A stretch of DNA of 63,887 nucleotides, filler included, from Octopus bimaculoides (Eukaryota), in the NCBI RefSeq assembly GCF_001194135.2. It is 5 parts of 5 records of this genome, joined end to end, with 100 filler letters (N's around TTAATTAATTAA, not from the genome) between each part and the next. Parts side by side here need not be neighbours in the genome. Positions count along the whole stretch, not along the records: positions 1 to 14,704 come from NC_068984.1; positions 14,805 to 23,379 come from NC_069006.1; positions 23,480 to 50,003 come from NC_068989.1; 2 more parts are not named here. One strand, given 5' to 3'. The position numbers were made by a program, and so were the translations under genes. Numbering within the stretch: the stretch's first letter is position 1; each line of letters starts with the position of its first letter. Below, piece by piece: positions 12,061-24,240 of the stretch. Under the pieces are notes generated by a model. That model searched no databases, had not been told where the DNA came from, and saw only the letters and a list, made by a program, of their open reading frames with translations.

Positions 12061-12548
12061 TTTCTAAACCATATCCTTCTCTGTACCTATTGAATCATCT
12101 AACTACTGCTTCATTGCAATTGTCCAATGTGCTATCACATATTTGCATAGTACCCCCTTTCTTTAGATACTATAGCTCTTCAAGACTGGTTGGGATTCTA
12201 CCAGTTTTATGTCACTTACCCCTGGCTGTACATGTGCTTAATTCTTGACCTACAAATATACTGTCTCTTGTCTCTCTACCTTTTCTGTCACTTCTATAAG
12301 GGTCTCTGTTTCTTGGAGCTGGCTGGCTTTGTGCCTCCTCCATTTAGGTACCTATGACACACCCATCTCCCCACTTCTCCTCATTCTTGGTGCATCCAAC
12401 TTTCTCAGCCCTGCATTAACCAATACACCCTTTCTCTCCAGAAACTTCTCCCTGTTCACGTCTTTCCTGTTTGGTTTAAACAGAACAATTATAATATCAA
12501 GCTTAGCCTCTTGGACAGCCTATCCCTTCTCCAGACTTCAAAAGTGAA

Positions 12549-12598
<50 letters not shown>

Positions 12599-12599
12599 A

Positions 12600-12900
12600 G
12601 TGAAAATGCATGGCCTAGTGGTTAGGGTGTGGTACTTACAATCACAAATTGTGGTTTCAATTCTCAGACCAGGTGTTGTGTTGTGTTCTTGAGCCAAACA
12701 CTTCATTTCATGCTGCTCTGTGATCATTTTGATATTTGACATGCAACACGCTTGTGCACCTGTACAGGTAATGTCAGTTTCATGGAGGGAGTGAGTTTAT
12801 GTGAACACAAACATCTGATCGCTATAAGTAAATCATCTGTGTGGTTGTTCAGCAAGAAATTGCAGAACTCTCATCTGTTGTCTAATGACAGAAGAGCTCA
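12600..12900 (+). mobile_element. tRNA-derived SINE (family of 61874-62185), degenerate
   Basis: TGGCCTAGTGGTTAGGG A-box head and TGTGTTCTTGAGCCAAACACTTCATTTCA central block homologous to 61874-62185. Confidence 0.65.
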
Positions 12901-12917
12901 TAAGACACACACACACA

Positions 12918-12961
<44 letters not shown>

Positions 12962-13384
12962 CATGTATACTTATATTCTCTCTCACACACAGACACACTC
13001 ATACAATAAGCTTTCTACACTTTTTGTGTACTATATTCACTCATATAGCACTAGTTGGACTAAAGTTAGAGACTCTTGCCCAAGTTTCTGCACAGTTGGA
13101 CTGAATTCTAGAAACTATGTGACTAAACCTGAAACCTGAAACCATGCAAAGTGGATTTCTTAACCACATAGCCACACACATGATTTTTCATTGAGTTTTA
13201 TTTAAGTTCTTCTTAAGAACATTCAAGTCGTTCACTAACAAAGTGACAAGACTTTCTGGAGTTAAGAGAGTTCCTGGTCTTGAGTTGGTGTGTTGATTGA
13301 GCTGCTGATGCATACACCTAAATGTGTGTATCTATTTGCCTAAAAAATCTCAGATGTAGAATCCTTGGAATGTTTTACAAATCT

Positions 13385-14434
13385 TCACTGTGCTGCTAAC
13401 ACTAGTCTGCATTTGGGAATTTTTTATTTTTATTCATGGATGTGATGTTACATATTCTTGGGGTGCTGATTTTAAATATCTAAACCATTTTGCTCTGTCA
13501 CATAAGGATGTTGAATAAAATGCAAATTATTAATAATAATGAAAAATGTGAATTTTTAATAAATCATTACTTTATTAAAATGAAGCAAATAATCAAGGAA
13601 AAACTCATTCTGTTAGTTTTAAGAACATATGTTTTCCAAATCAACATGAAATGAACCACGTTCATCATGAAATGAATTAGAATTATCAACATCAAACCAA
13701 ATGAATGTAAAAAATATGCTCCTAATGGTTAGCCTACATATTGATTCAAAGGAAGGACTGTTTTGATTTCTGCTTGTGTTGTCTCCTTGTATTGAGTTTC
13801 CTATTTCTTTATTGCCCACAAGGGGCTAAACATAGAGGGAACAAATAAGGACAGACAAAGGGATTAAGTCGATTACATCGACCCCAGTGCGTAACTGGTA
13901 CTTAATTTATCGACCCCGAAAGGATGAAAGGTAAAGTCGACCTCGGCGGAATTTGAACTCAGAACGTAACGGCAGACAAAATACTGCTAAGCATTTCGCC
14001 CGGCGTGCTAACGTTTCTGCCAGCTCGCCGCCTTTATTGTGTCCTTGTATTGAGTTTCCATGCTGCAAATGTCTTCACGGAACTGCTCACCTTGTTCCTC
14101 ACTGTAGTCCCCACAATTCTTGAGGAAATCTTCACACTTATTCTAGACCCAAGTTGTTGGAAACTTGATATCAGGTCTTGGATCATTTTTTCATATTCTG
14201 GGGAGCGGCTGTTTCTCAAGAAGTTTTGGTCACTTCGACACCTGCTATAATACTTCCTCAAAATGCTTGTCCCTCATCAGTTCCTGAATCTGAGGGCCAA
14301 CAAAGATTTCTGCTTTTAGCTTGCCTTCACTTATATGAGGACATTTTGACTCCAGGAACTTGAAAGCAGCTCCATTCTTGTTCAGGGCGTTTGCAAAATT
14401 TTTCATAAGCCCTAATTTGATGTGGAGTGGTGGC
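13385..14434 (-). mobile_element. Chapaev-like (CMC superfamily) transposase remnant
   Basis: The minus strand reads PPLHIKLGLMKNFANALNKNGAAFKFL...KLKAEIFVGPQIQELM (from 14433) and NCGDYSEEQGEQFREDICSMETQY (14050-14118). A candidate CACTG terminus lies at about 13386. Confidence 0.75.
13802..14036 (-). mobile_element. full-length family A SINE with target-site duplication
   Basis: An exact 18-bp direct repeat TCCTTGTATTGAGTTTCC lies at 13784-13801 and 14042-14059 (23 bp with one mismatch). The SINE interrupts the Chapaev-like ORF. Confidence 0.9.
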
Positions 14435-14704
14435 TGTTATGTTTCCCTCGGGTGACTCGTAGAGATAACACAACGAGTTATACAATTTAATTATTACATT
14501 TATTGTTCAATTACATACAAAGAACGCACTCACCCAATGTTCGTTATGAATAAACAAAAGTCATGTCCGCCATATATATATCAATGACATTATACTACGA
14601 CAGTCCCACAAGACAACAACAATGAAACAATGAACTCAGACGAACCACATGACACACGGAACGTCAGACGAATTACATATCTAACAGTCCATATAACAGT
14701 GGCA
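14435..14704 (-). mobile_element. possible LTR end inserted into the Chapaev-like element
   Basis: The Chapaev-like frame breaks at a TGTTATG... start. On the minus strand the segment ends ...ACATAACA, with AATAAA about 60 nt upstream. The other end is lost in a gap. Confidence 0.35.
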
Positions 14705-14748
14705 NNNNNNNNNNNNNNNNNNNNNNNNNNNNNNNNNNNNNNNNNNNN

Positions 14749-14760
14749 TTAATTAATTAA
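14749..14760. other. artificial six-frame-stop linker TTAATTAATTAA inside an N gap (also 23424-23435, 50048-50059, 62282-62293)
   Basis: The same 12-mer sits in the middle of ~100-nt N gaps (44 N + 12 + 44 N at the first site). Confidence 0.95.
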
Positions 14761-16054
14761 NNNNNNNNNNNNNNNNNNNNNNNNNNNNNNNNNNNNNNNN
14801 NNNNTGTTTACTCAGCCATTGATTTCCTTTTCTCCTGTTTGTTTTCCCTCCTAAGCCTACATCTATAAATCTATGTCTATATAAATATAAATAGGTACAT
14901 CTATATATGTGTGTTTATATCATCATCATCTTCATCATCATCATTTAACATCTGCCGTGTTAAATGATGCATGTCTGCCATGCATGCATGGGTAGGACGG
15001 TTGATAGGAGCCGGCCAGGTAGAAGAATACCCCAGGCTACTGTGTCTATTTTGGCAGGGTTTTTACGGATGGATGCCCTTCCTAACACCAACCACTTCAC
15101 AGCGCGAACTGGGTGCTTTTTACCTGGCACCAGCCCAGGCAAGGTCAGCCTTGGCATGGTTTTTACAGCTGGATGCCCTTCCAAAGGCCAACCACTTCAC
15201 AGCGTGGAGTGAATGCTTTATATGTGGCACCAGCATCAGCAGGGTTACAAAGTAATTTTGCAAGACAAGGAATTATTAAGAGGGGAGAGTGCATTGGAGG
15301 GGAGGATTTTGTGTCAGACGATGAAAGGTTAGTGTGACAAGGAGACAAAGAGGCAGAAACGGGTGTCTTAAGGTGGCGAGCTGGCAGAAACGTTAGCACG
15401 CCAGATGAAATGCTTAGCAGTATTTGGTCTGCTCTTACGTTCTGAGTTCAAATTCTGCCAAGGTTGACTTTGCCTTTCATCCTTTCATCCTTTGCCTTTC
15501 ATCCAATGACTTTATCTTTAATCCTTTCATCCTTTCATCCACTGGGGTTGATATAACTGACTTAATCCGTTTGTCTGACCTTGTTTGTCCCCTCTATGTT
15601 TAGCCCCTTGTGTTCAATAAAGAAATAAGAAACAGGTGTCTTGATGTAAAGGAGGTAGATGGTTACCTGGCCAGAAAGAGTGAGAGAGAGAGGAAGAGGT
15701 ACAAGAAAGAAGACAGAAACTGGTGTGCTGATATAAAGGGGATACAAGGAAACCCAGCCTGAGAGAAGAGCAAAGGAAAAAGTGAGAGAGTGGGAGAGAG
15801 CAAGAGCAGGAGACGGATGGTGGCAAGTGCCAGGGTATACTTGCAAGGAGCAGGGATCAGGGCATAGATGGGATGGTAGAATGAAGGAAGAGGGAGATAA
15901 ATGATGGCAATTTCCAGGGCATGCCCTCAAGGAATGGAGGTCATAATATACGTGGTTGAGTATTGCCAAGAAGGCACGAGTAGGGAGGGGGGATTGCAGT
16001 GACTGGTGAAAACCTGGGTATAAAGATGGGGTAGGGGAAAGCAGCGATGCTTTG

Positions 16055-16193
16055 TAAATCTCTGAAGAGGCCTAGAGAATCATGCATGTACCTCCATTGC
16101 ATCCACTTCATCTGCCAATTACTCCAGCTAACTGGAGTTATATAGATAGAATGAGGCATGCCACCTCTAGGCCGAAACAGCTGTAAGACTTTG
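16055..16193 (+). ncRNA. type I hammerhead ribozyme (Penelope-like pLTR type)
   Basis: Core CTGAAGA 16062-16068; helix II GGCCTAGAG/CTCTAGGCC (9 bp, perfect); GAAA 16174-16177; palindromic helix III ACAGCTGT; GUA triplet; helix I TAAATCT/AGA(C)TTTG. Confidence 0.8.
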
Positions 16194-16595
16194 TCCCTTC
16201 TTCGGTCACTAGAGGTCCTTTTGAATTTTGAATTTTTAATTGTTGATATGACATATTGTGACATATGTGTTTGTATATTGTCTTTATTGTCATTTTGGTT
16301 GAAAAATAAACAGGTTAATTAACAGAATACAATGTATGCAAGTTGATGAGTACCACCTATTCCCCTCCATTCTCTTATTGCTATATAAATTTAGGGTAAA
16401 ATCTCCTTTTACCCGCACCCATTTATTGCACTTGGTAAAAACATCATCATGTTGAAACACGTGTACCGCAGAATCCTTTGTGTTTTTGTTTTTATTTTTT
16501 CATTTACAATTTATTCATTCACCTCAACCACGAGCTGGCATACACAGGTGCTTACAATTGTCAAGTATTACCTCTAACATTTACTTAACCTACGT

Positions 16596-16655
16596 ATATA
16601 GATAGATAGATAGATAGATAGATATAGATAGATAGAGAGAGAGAGAGAGAGGGAG

Positions 16656-16748
<93 letters not shown>

Positions 16749-16772
16749 TCGATCAATCAATAGATAGATAGA
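16596..16772. repeat. compound microsatellite (GATA)n-(GA)n-(GACA)n
   Basis: Direct reading. Numerous other (TA)n, (CA)n, (TACA)n, (TAA)n, (GAT)n and (GA)n tracts occur throughout the window. Confidence 0.95.
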
Positions 16773-16847
16773 TAAACTTACTAATATATATCGTCCTTTA
16801 GGTAATAACAGGAATTCTGAGTCACTTTCAGAACTAGAGAAGAAATT

Positions 16848-17920
16848 TCAGGTATGGAAGCAAGGATTAGAATCGAAGGGCCTTAGAGACAATCTAGTTA
16901 AAACCAAAGTCCTAATAAGTAGGAAGGCAGACAAACTACAAATCCCTTCAGGTAGATGGCCCTGCTCGATCTGTAGGAAAGGCATAGATAGAAACTCTGT
17001 AAGATGTACCCAGCATAAGCTGGGGACACATAAAAGGTGCAGCAATATCAAAGGAAAGTTAACTGGGAAGATAGATTTTGTGTGTGGCAAATGCTCTGGT
17101 GCAATGAAGACTGAAAATGTGCAGAAAACAGCCTCCGTCACATTCCAGGGGAAAAAACTACAAGTAGTTGATAACTTCCATTACGTAGATGACCAAGTAG
17201 TAGCGGGGGTGGGGATGCTCTGAAAGTGTAGATGTTAGAATAAGAATAGCCTGGGCAAAGTTCAAAGAGCTCCTACCTCTGCTGGTGACAAAGGGCCTCT
17301 CGCTCAGAGTAAAAAGTAGACTGTATGATGCATGTGTGCAAACAGCCATGCTACATGGCAGTGTAACATGGGCCATGACTGCTGAGGACATGCATAAGTT
17401 TACAAGGAATGAAGCTAGTATGCTCTGCTGGATGTGTAATGTCAGTGTGCCTGCACGACATAGTGTAAGCGCCCTGAGAGAAAAGTTGGACATAAGAAGA
17501 ATCAGATGTGGTGTGCAAGAGAGATGACTGCTGGTTTGGTCATGTGTTGTGTATGGATGAGGACAGCTGTGTGAAAAAGTGTCACACCCTGGCAGTAGAG
17601 GAAACCTGTGGAAGAGGTAGACCCAAGAAGACCTGCGATGAGGTGGTAGAGCACGACCTTTGAACATTGGGCCTCACTGAGGTAATGAGAAGTGACTGAG
17701 ACTTTTGGAGAAATGCTCTGCTTGAGAAGCTCCGGCAAGCTAAGTGAGACCATTACCATAGCCTATGGCAGTGCTGTATAACCAGCCCATTTAAGAGTAC
17801 CCTTCAATCATTGAGCAATAAACTGTGCTTGTGAAGACCTGTTGAGTCAAGTGAAACCATTGTTGTAGCCAATGACAGTACTGGCTGATTGGCACCCATG
17901 CCAGTGGCATGTAAAAAGCA
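16848..17920 (+). mobile_element. degenerate RTE LINE ORF2 C-terminal half and 3' UTR
   Basis: KTKVL...CSICRKG...HKRC...VVDNFHY...RIRIAWAKFKELLPLL...LYDACVQTAMLHGS.TW...GRPKKT, with frameshifts and stops. Confidence 0.9.
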
Positions 17921-18000
17921 CCATTCACATATATATCGATATATATGTGTGCGTGTGTGTATGTGTAGATGCATGTGCATGTTTATGTATTATTTATGTA

Positions 18001-19253
18001 TGTAGATAAAACACAAACCCCTTCAGGTAGATGGCCCTGCTCAGTATGTAGAAAAGGAGTAGGTAGTAACTCTATAAGATGTACCCGGTGCAAGCTATGG
18101 ACACATAAGAGGTGCAGCAACATCAAAGGCAGGTTAACTAGCAAGTTAGTTTTTGTTTGTGGCAGATGCTCAGGTGCAATAAAGACTGCAAACAAACAGG
18201 AAACAACTTCTATCTCATTCCAGGGTGAAAAACTAGAGGTAGTCGATAGCTTCCGCTATCTGGGCGACCAAGTTAGTAGTGGGGGTGGGTGCGCTGAAAG
18301 TGTAGCTGCTNNNNNNNNNNNNNNNNNNNNNNNNNNNNNNNNNNNNNNNNNNNNNNNNNNNNNNNNNNNNNNNNNNNNNNNNNNNNNNNNNNNNNNNNNN
18401 NNNNNNNNNNNNNNNNNNNNNNNNNNNNNNNNNNNNNNNNNNNNNNNNNNNNNNNNNNNNNNNNNNNNNNNNNNNNNNNNNNNNNNNNNNNNNNNNNNNN
18501 NNNNNNNNNNNNNNNNNNNNNNNNNNNNNNNNNNNNNNNNNNNNNNNNNNNNNNNNNNNNNNNNNNNNNNNNNNNNNNNNNNNNNNNNNNNNNNNNNNNN
18601 NNNNNNNNNNNNNNNNNNNNNNNNNNNNNNNNNNNNNNNNNNNNNNNNNNNNNNNNNNNNNNNNNNNNNNNNNNNNNNNNNNNNNNNNNNNNNNNNNNNN
18701 NNNNNNNNNNNNNNNNNNNNNNNNNNNNNNNNNNNNNNNNNNNNNNNNNNNNNNNNNNNNNNNNNNNNNNNNNNNNNNNNNNNNNNNNNNNNNNNNNNNN
18801 NNNNNNNNNNNNNNNNNNNNNNNNNNNNNNNNNNNNNNNNNNNNNNNNNNNNNNNNNNNNNNNNNNNNNNNNNNNNNNNNNNNNNNNNNNNNNNNNNNNN
18901 NNNNNNNNNNNNNNNNNNNNNNNNNNNNNNNNNNNNNNNNNNNNNNNNNNNNNNNNNNNNNNNNNNNNNNNNNNNNNNNNNNNNNNNNNNNNNNNNNNNN
19001 NNNNNNNNNNNNNNNNNNNNNNNNNNNNNNNNNNNNNNNNNNNNNNNNNNNNNNNNNNNNNGTGCGGGTGACACGTAAAAGCACCCACTACACTCTCTGA
19101 GTGGTTGGCGTTAGGAAGGGCATCCAGCTGTAGAAACTCTGCCAAATCAGACTGGAGCCTGGTGTTGCCATCCGGTTTCACCAGTCCTCAGTCAAATCGT
19201 CCAACCCATGCTAGCATGGAAAGCGGACGTTAAACGATGATGATGATGATGAT
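18001..19253 (+). mobile_element. second RTE LINE copy (gapped) with PHD finger and intact 3' tail
   Basis: CSVC-x10-CTRC-x4-H-x2-C-x14-CGRC at 18038-18169, then LEVVDSFRYLGDQVSSGGGC. After the gap the RTE 3' end terminates in (GAT)n. Confidence 0.9.
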
Positions 19254-19926
19254 GTATGCTTAATTTTAGTTGCAAAGATGATGCTTTCTTATCAAAACAA
19301 GAAATTCCCTCAGCTGCGATCCATTGCTAATTATTCCCATCATCGTCAGTCTCTTGACAGAATCCATTTGAGGTCAGAAGAATACAGGACCGCAGGGCCA
19401 TAAGACCATAGGGCCACAGGGCTACAGGGCCATGTCTTGCCCCAGTGTCTCATTTTTGGCATTGTTTTCTGTGACTGGATGGGGTTTTTTTGTTATTTAT
19501 TCATGACACTTTCTAACTTGCAAGACTACATAAACACATACATACACATATACATACATACATACACACACACACATACATACATACATACATCATCGTC
19601 GTTTAATGTCCACCTTCTCTGCTGGCATGGCTGGGCCGGCCAGGTAGAAGCCTGCATCAGACTTCTGTAATTGTTTTGGCAGGGTTTTTACAGTTGGATG
19701 CCCTTCCAAACACCAACCCACTTTACAGTGTGGGATGGGTGCTTTTTAAGTGGCACCTGCACTGGGAGGGTCACCAGGTAACTTGCAAGACAGAAATCTT
19801 TTGAGAGGGGAGGGGGAGCATTGGAGGAGGTGATCTTGTGTCGGATGATAAAACGTTTTATTGAGGCAGAGATAGAAACATACATACACACATAAAAAAA
19901 CATACACACACATACATACATACATA

Positions 19927-20143
19927 TGAGGGTGTGTTGAGAAGTTCCTGGCTTTGGGTAAAAGAAAACACAGGAGGATCAGTTAATCATGATTCTATTC
20001 AACATAATCCCCTCTCAGATTCATACACTTATTGCAACAGTCCTTCAGTTTTTCTAAACCCTGTAAAAAACCTCTGGAGGTTGGACCTCCAGCCAGGCCT
20101 TTCGTGATACCCTTAAAGCCAGAAATTTTTCAGCACCCCTTTG
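19927..20143. mobile_element. mariner-derived MITE
   Basis: TIRs TGAGGGTGTGTTGAGAAGTTCCTGGCTTT / AAAGCCAGAAATTTTTCAGCACCCCTTTG, flanked by TA on both sides. Confidence 0.75.
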
Positions 20144-20159
20144 TATATACAGATCTGTG

Positions 20160-20520
20160 TTTCACCCGGGTTCAGTCCCACTGCGTGGCATCTTGGGCAA
20201 GTGTCTTCTACTATAGTCTCGGGCCGACCAAAGCCTTGTGAGTGGATTTGGTAGACGGAAACTGAAAGAAGCCTGTCGTATATGTGTATATATATGTGTG
20301 TATGTGTGTATATGTTTGTATGTCTGTGTTTGTCTCCGCAACATCGCTTGACAACCGATGCTGGTGTGTTTATGTCCCCGTAACTTAGCGGTTCGGCAAA
20401 AGAGACCGATAGAATAAGTACTAGGCTTCCAAAGAATAAGTCCTGGGGTCGATTTGCTCGACTAAAGGCGGTGCTCCAGCATGGCCACAGTCAAAAGACT
20501 GAAACAAGTAAAAGAGTAAT
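20160..20520 (+). mobile_element. tRNA-derived SINE, family B (internal microsatellite, CR1-like 3' tail)
   Basis: B-box GGTTCAGTCCC, GGGCAAGTGTCTTCTACTATAG block, internal (TATG/TG)n and tail GGCGGTGCTCCAGCATGGCC...CTGAAAC. Other copies lie at 30997-31310 (+), 31490-31890 (-), 33670-33830, 42490-42660 and 43140-43520. Confidence 0.85.
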
Positions 20521-20813
20521 ATATANNNNNNNNNNNNNNNNNNNNNNNNNNNNNNNNNNNNNNNNNNNNNNNNNNNNNNNNNNNNNNNNNNNNNNNNNNN
20601 NNNNNNNNNNNNNNNNNNNNNNNNNNNNNNNNNNNNNNNNNNNNNNNNNNNNNNNNNNNNNNNNNNNNNNNNNNNNNNNNNNNNNNNNNNNNNNNNNNNN
20701 NNNNNNNNNNNNNNNNNNNNNNNNNNNNNNNNNNNNNNNNNNNNNNNNNNNNNNNNNNNNNNNNNNNNNNNNNNNNNNNNNNNNNNNNNNNNNNNNNNNN
20801 NNNNNNNNNNNNN

Positions 20814-20862
<49 letters not shown>

Positions 20863-21959
20863 GAGATAGAGAGAGAGAGGCAAACAACTTGTTTTAAATC
20901 TCTAAGTGAGAGACATACAGTAACACTACCAGAAGGTAATGTCTATATACCAACAGAATGTGGCAGTCCTATAAAGGACGTTGTTACTGTTGTTATAGTC
21001 CCAGGAAAACATCTTTTCCAGCTGGCTATCATCACTCAGTTTGTGTCCATATAGCATTTGCAAGGGAGGTCATCGCTCCTATCTCCAGCCTTACGTGATA
21101 CTCACAGACCCAGGTTTCTACATATACATATGTAAAAAGCATTGTAAAAAGCACCCAGCACATTCTGTAAAGTGGTTGGTGTTAGTTAGGGCATCCAGCT
21201 GTAGAAACTAAGCCAGGACCTAGAACGGAGCCTGGTACGGCTGTGGCTATGCCAGTATGTATCAAAAGTGTCCAACCCATGCCAGCTTGGAAAACAGGCC
21301 TGAAATGATGATGATGATGATATATATATACATATATATATATTGAGAGAGAGAGAGAGATATGTAAGGCAGTGAGATGGCAGAATTGTTAGCATGCTGG
21401 GTGGAATGCTTACTTTCATCTGTCTTCAGGTTCTGAGTTCAAATTCCACCAAGGTCAATTTGGCCCTTCGTCCTTTTGGTGTCACTGAACTAAGTAACAG
21501 TTGAATGCTGGCGGTCAATGCTGCACCCCTCTGCCAAACCAGTGTTGCTGAATAGGCTCATCAAAGAAGCAGGATCTCAAGCTCACATTCATGGCCTCCA
21601 CATCAGACTGTGGTTGGTGGAGAGAACACACTGAGGTCTTGGTCCTGCAGTGGACTGAACATGGGCAATCCAGTCCAATATACCGTGTATCTTATACATA
21701 CATCCACACGCATGCAAGCTCACCCCAACACCCACTCTATCTGCATCTGTATAGTGCATAGCCTCATGGGTTAGTTGTGAGAATGCTGAGACTCACTCTT
21801 AAACCTTTTGATCCCAAATTGCCTGAGACTCTTCTACGACACAAGCTTAACATTTTAAAGAGATTCAAATGAAAACCTTTCATGAAAATTTTAATTAAAC
21901 AGCAGTTTAATAATACCAACATTATTATACTAAATTTTTTATTATTTTCAAAATTTATT

Positions 21960-23255
21960 TAACTCTTTTGATACCAATCTGGCTGAAACCGCCTCTGGCT
22001 CTGTAGTACAAATGTTTTGTTTTCTAAAGTTCTGAATTAAAATCTTCCACCAAACCTTAGTCACAATTTATGTTCCTAACACTAGCTTAATGATAACAAA
22101 GTTATTTTACTAAATTCTTTGTTAGATTTAAAATTAATTGAAAGAAACATAGAGCATCTCAACAGAAATATGGTAACAAAAGGGTTAAACAAAGTCAATG
22201 TANNNNNNNNNNNNNNNNNNNNNNNNNNNNNNNNNNNNNNNNNNNNNNNNNNNNNNNNNNNNNNNNNNNNNNNNNNNNNNNNNNNNNNNNNNNNNNNNNN
22301 NNNNNNNNNNNNNNNNNNNNNNNNNNNNNNNNNNNNNNNNNNNNNNNNNNNNNNNNNNNNNNNNNNNNNNNNNNNNNNNNNNNNNNNNNNNNNNNNNNNN
22401 NNNNNNNNNNNNNNNNNNNNNNNNNNNNNNNNNNNNNNNNNNNNNNNNNNNNNNNNNNNNNNNNNNNNNNNNNNNNNNNNNNNNNNNNNNNNNNNNNNNN
22501 NNNNNNNNNNNNNNNNNNNNNNNNNNNNNNNNNNNNNNNNNNNNNNNNNNNNNNNNNNNNNNNNNNNNNNNNNNNNNNNNNNNNNNNNNNNNNNNNNNNN
22601 NNNNNNNNNNNNNNNNNNNNNNNNNNNNNNNNNNNNNNNNNNNNNNNNNNNNNNNNNNNNNNNNNNNNNNNNNNNNNNNNNNNNNNNNNNNNNNNNNNNN
22701 NNNNNNNNNNNNNNNNNNNNNNNNNNNNNNNNNNNNNNNNNNNNNNNNNNNNNNNNNNNNNNNNNNNNNNNNNNNNNNNNNNNNNNNNNNNNNNNNNNNN
22801 NNNNNNNNNNNNNNNNNNNNNNNNNNNNNNNNNNNNNNNNNNNNNNNNNNNNNNNNNNNNNNNNNNNNNNNNNNNNNNNNNNNNNNNNNNNNNNNNNNNN
22901 NNNNNNNNNNNNNNNNNNNNNNNNNNNNNNNNNNNNNNNNNNNNNNNNNNNNNNNNNNNNNNNNNNNNNNNNNNNNNNNNNNNNNNNNNNNNNNNNNNNN
23001 NNNNNNNNNNNNNNNNNNNNNNNNNNNNNNNNNNNNNNNNTCTAAAGTTCTGAATTAAAATCTTCCACCAAACCTTAGTCACAATTTATGTTCCTAACAC
23101 TAGCTTAATGATAACAAAGTTATTTTACTAAATTCTTTGTTAGATTTAAAATTAATTGAAAGAAACATAGAGCATCTCAACAGAAATATGGTAACAAAAG
23201 GGTTAAACAAAGTCAATGTATTTCTACAGGAATATATGGTAACAAAAGGGTTAAA
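21960..23255. mobile_element. piggyBac-like non-autonomous element (partly gap)
   Basis: TTAACTCTTTTGATACC at about 21959 and repeated ATATGGTAACAAAAGGGTTAA ends (about 22168-22188, 23186-23206, 23235-23255), i.e. CCCTTT/AAAGGG termini with TTAA. Confidence 0.5.
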
Positions 23256-23501
23256 GTGATCTAAATTAAAACCTTCCATCAGAATGTCATGTTGATTTAT
23301 GTTCCAAATCTTAATAATACCAAAATAATCTTAACTAAATTAATTAAAACAAAGGCAGTATATTTCAACAGGAATATGGNNNNNNNNNNNNNNNNNNNNN
23401 NNNNNNNNNNNNNNNNNNNNNNNTTAATTAATTAANNNNNNNNNNNNNNNNNNNNNNNNNNNNNNNNNNNNNNNNNNNNCATCATCATCATCATCATCAT
23501 C

Positions 23502-23640
<139 letters not shown>

Positions 23641-24068
23641 ATTGTATTAGAAGTAGCAGCAGTAACGTTAGGAGCATATAGGAAGGTCACGTATAAATCT
23701 ATCGTTTCCTTTAAATAGAAATATTTTTGACATCACGGAAACAAAATAGGCAGCAATACGAAAATTGTTATCACAGAGAAGTAGCTGGGGATTGTTAGGA
23801 ATGGTCAATGTAAAAATAGAATGTAGAAAAATATGCCAGAATGGTAGAAAATACAGGGGAGGATGAACAGGAAGAGGAATTAGAAAAATAATGTAGGCGG
23901 CGTTGCTAGCTTCTTTGCGGTCAGTTTTAGTCCAAATTTAGCAATCGCCCACGTTGATTTCACGTAGTAATAATTATAACTACATGGTGTTTTAAATAAA
24001 TTCGACACGTAAATTTGTCAGATAGTCCACCCACACATACACAAATACGCACATACATACATACATAA

Positions 24069-24103
<35 letters not shown>

Positions 24104-24120
24104 GACACAGACACACACAG

Positions 24121-24164
<44 letters not shown>

Positions 24165-24240
24165 GTCTAGGGCAGCAAACCTTTACAAATTTCGTGGCCT
24201 AGCATGTATAAAAAGTCAATAAACGACATATTATTCAATA

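Noticed and set aside
14749-14760. Palindrome TTAATTAATTAA recurring four times
   Set aside because: It always sits in the middle of an N gap and has stops in all six frames, so it is a contig-joining linker rather than biology.
15941-16264. 107-aa minus-strand ORF first read as a LINE C-terminus
   Set aside because: It has no convincing motif and is better explained as the antisense of a hammerhead-bearing pLTR.
22023-23220. Identical 180-bp direct repeat (22023-22202 and 23041-23220)
   Set aside because: The copies flank a gap exactly, so this is most likely an unmerged contig overlap.
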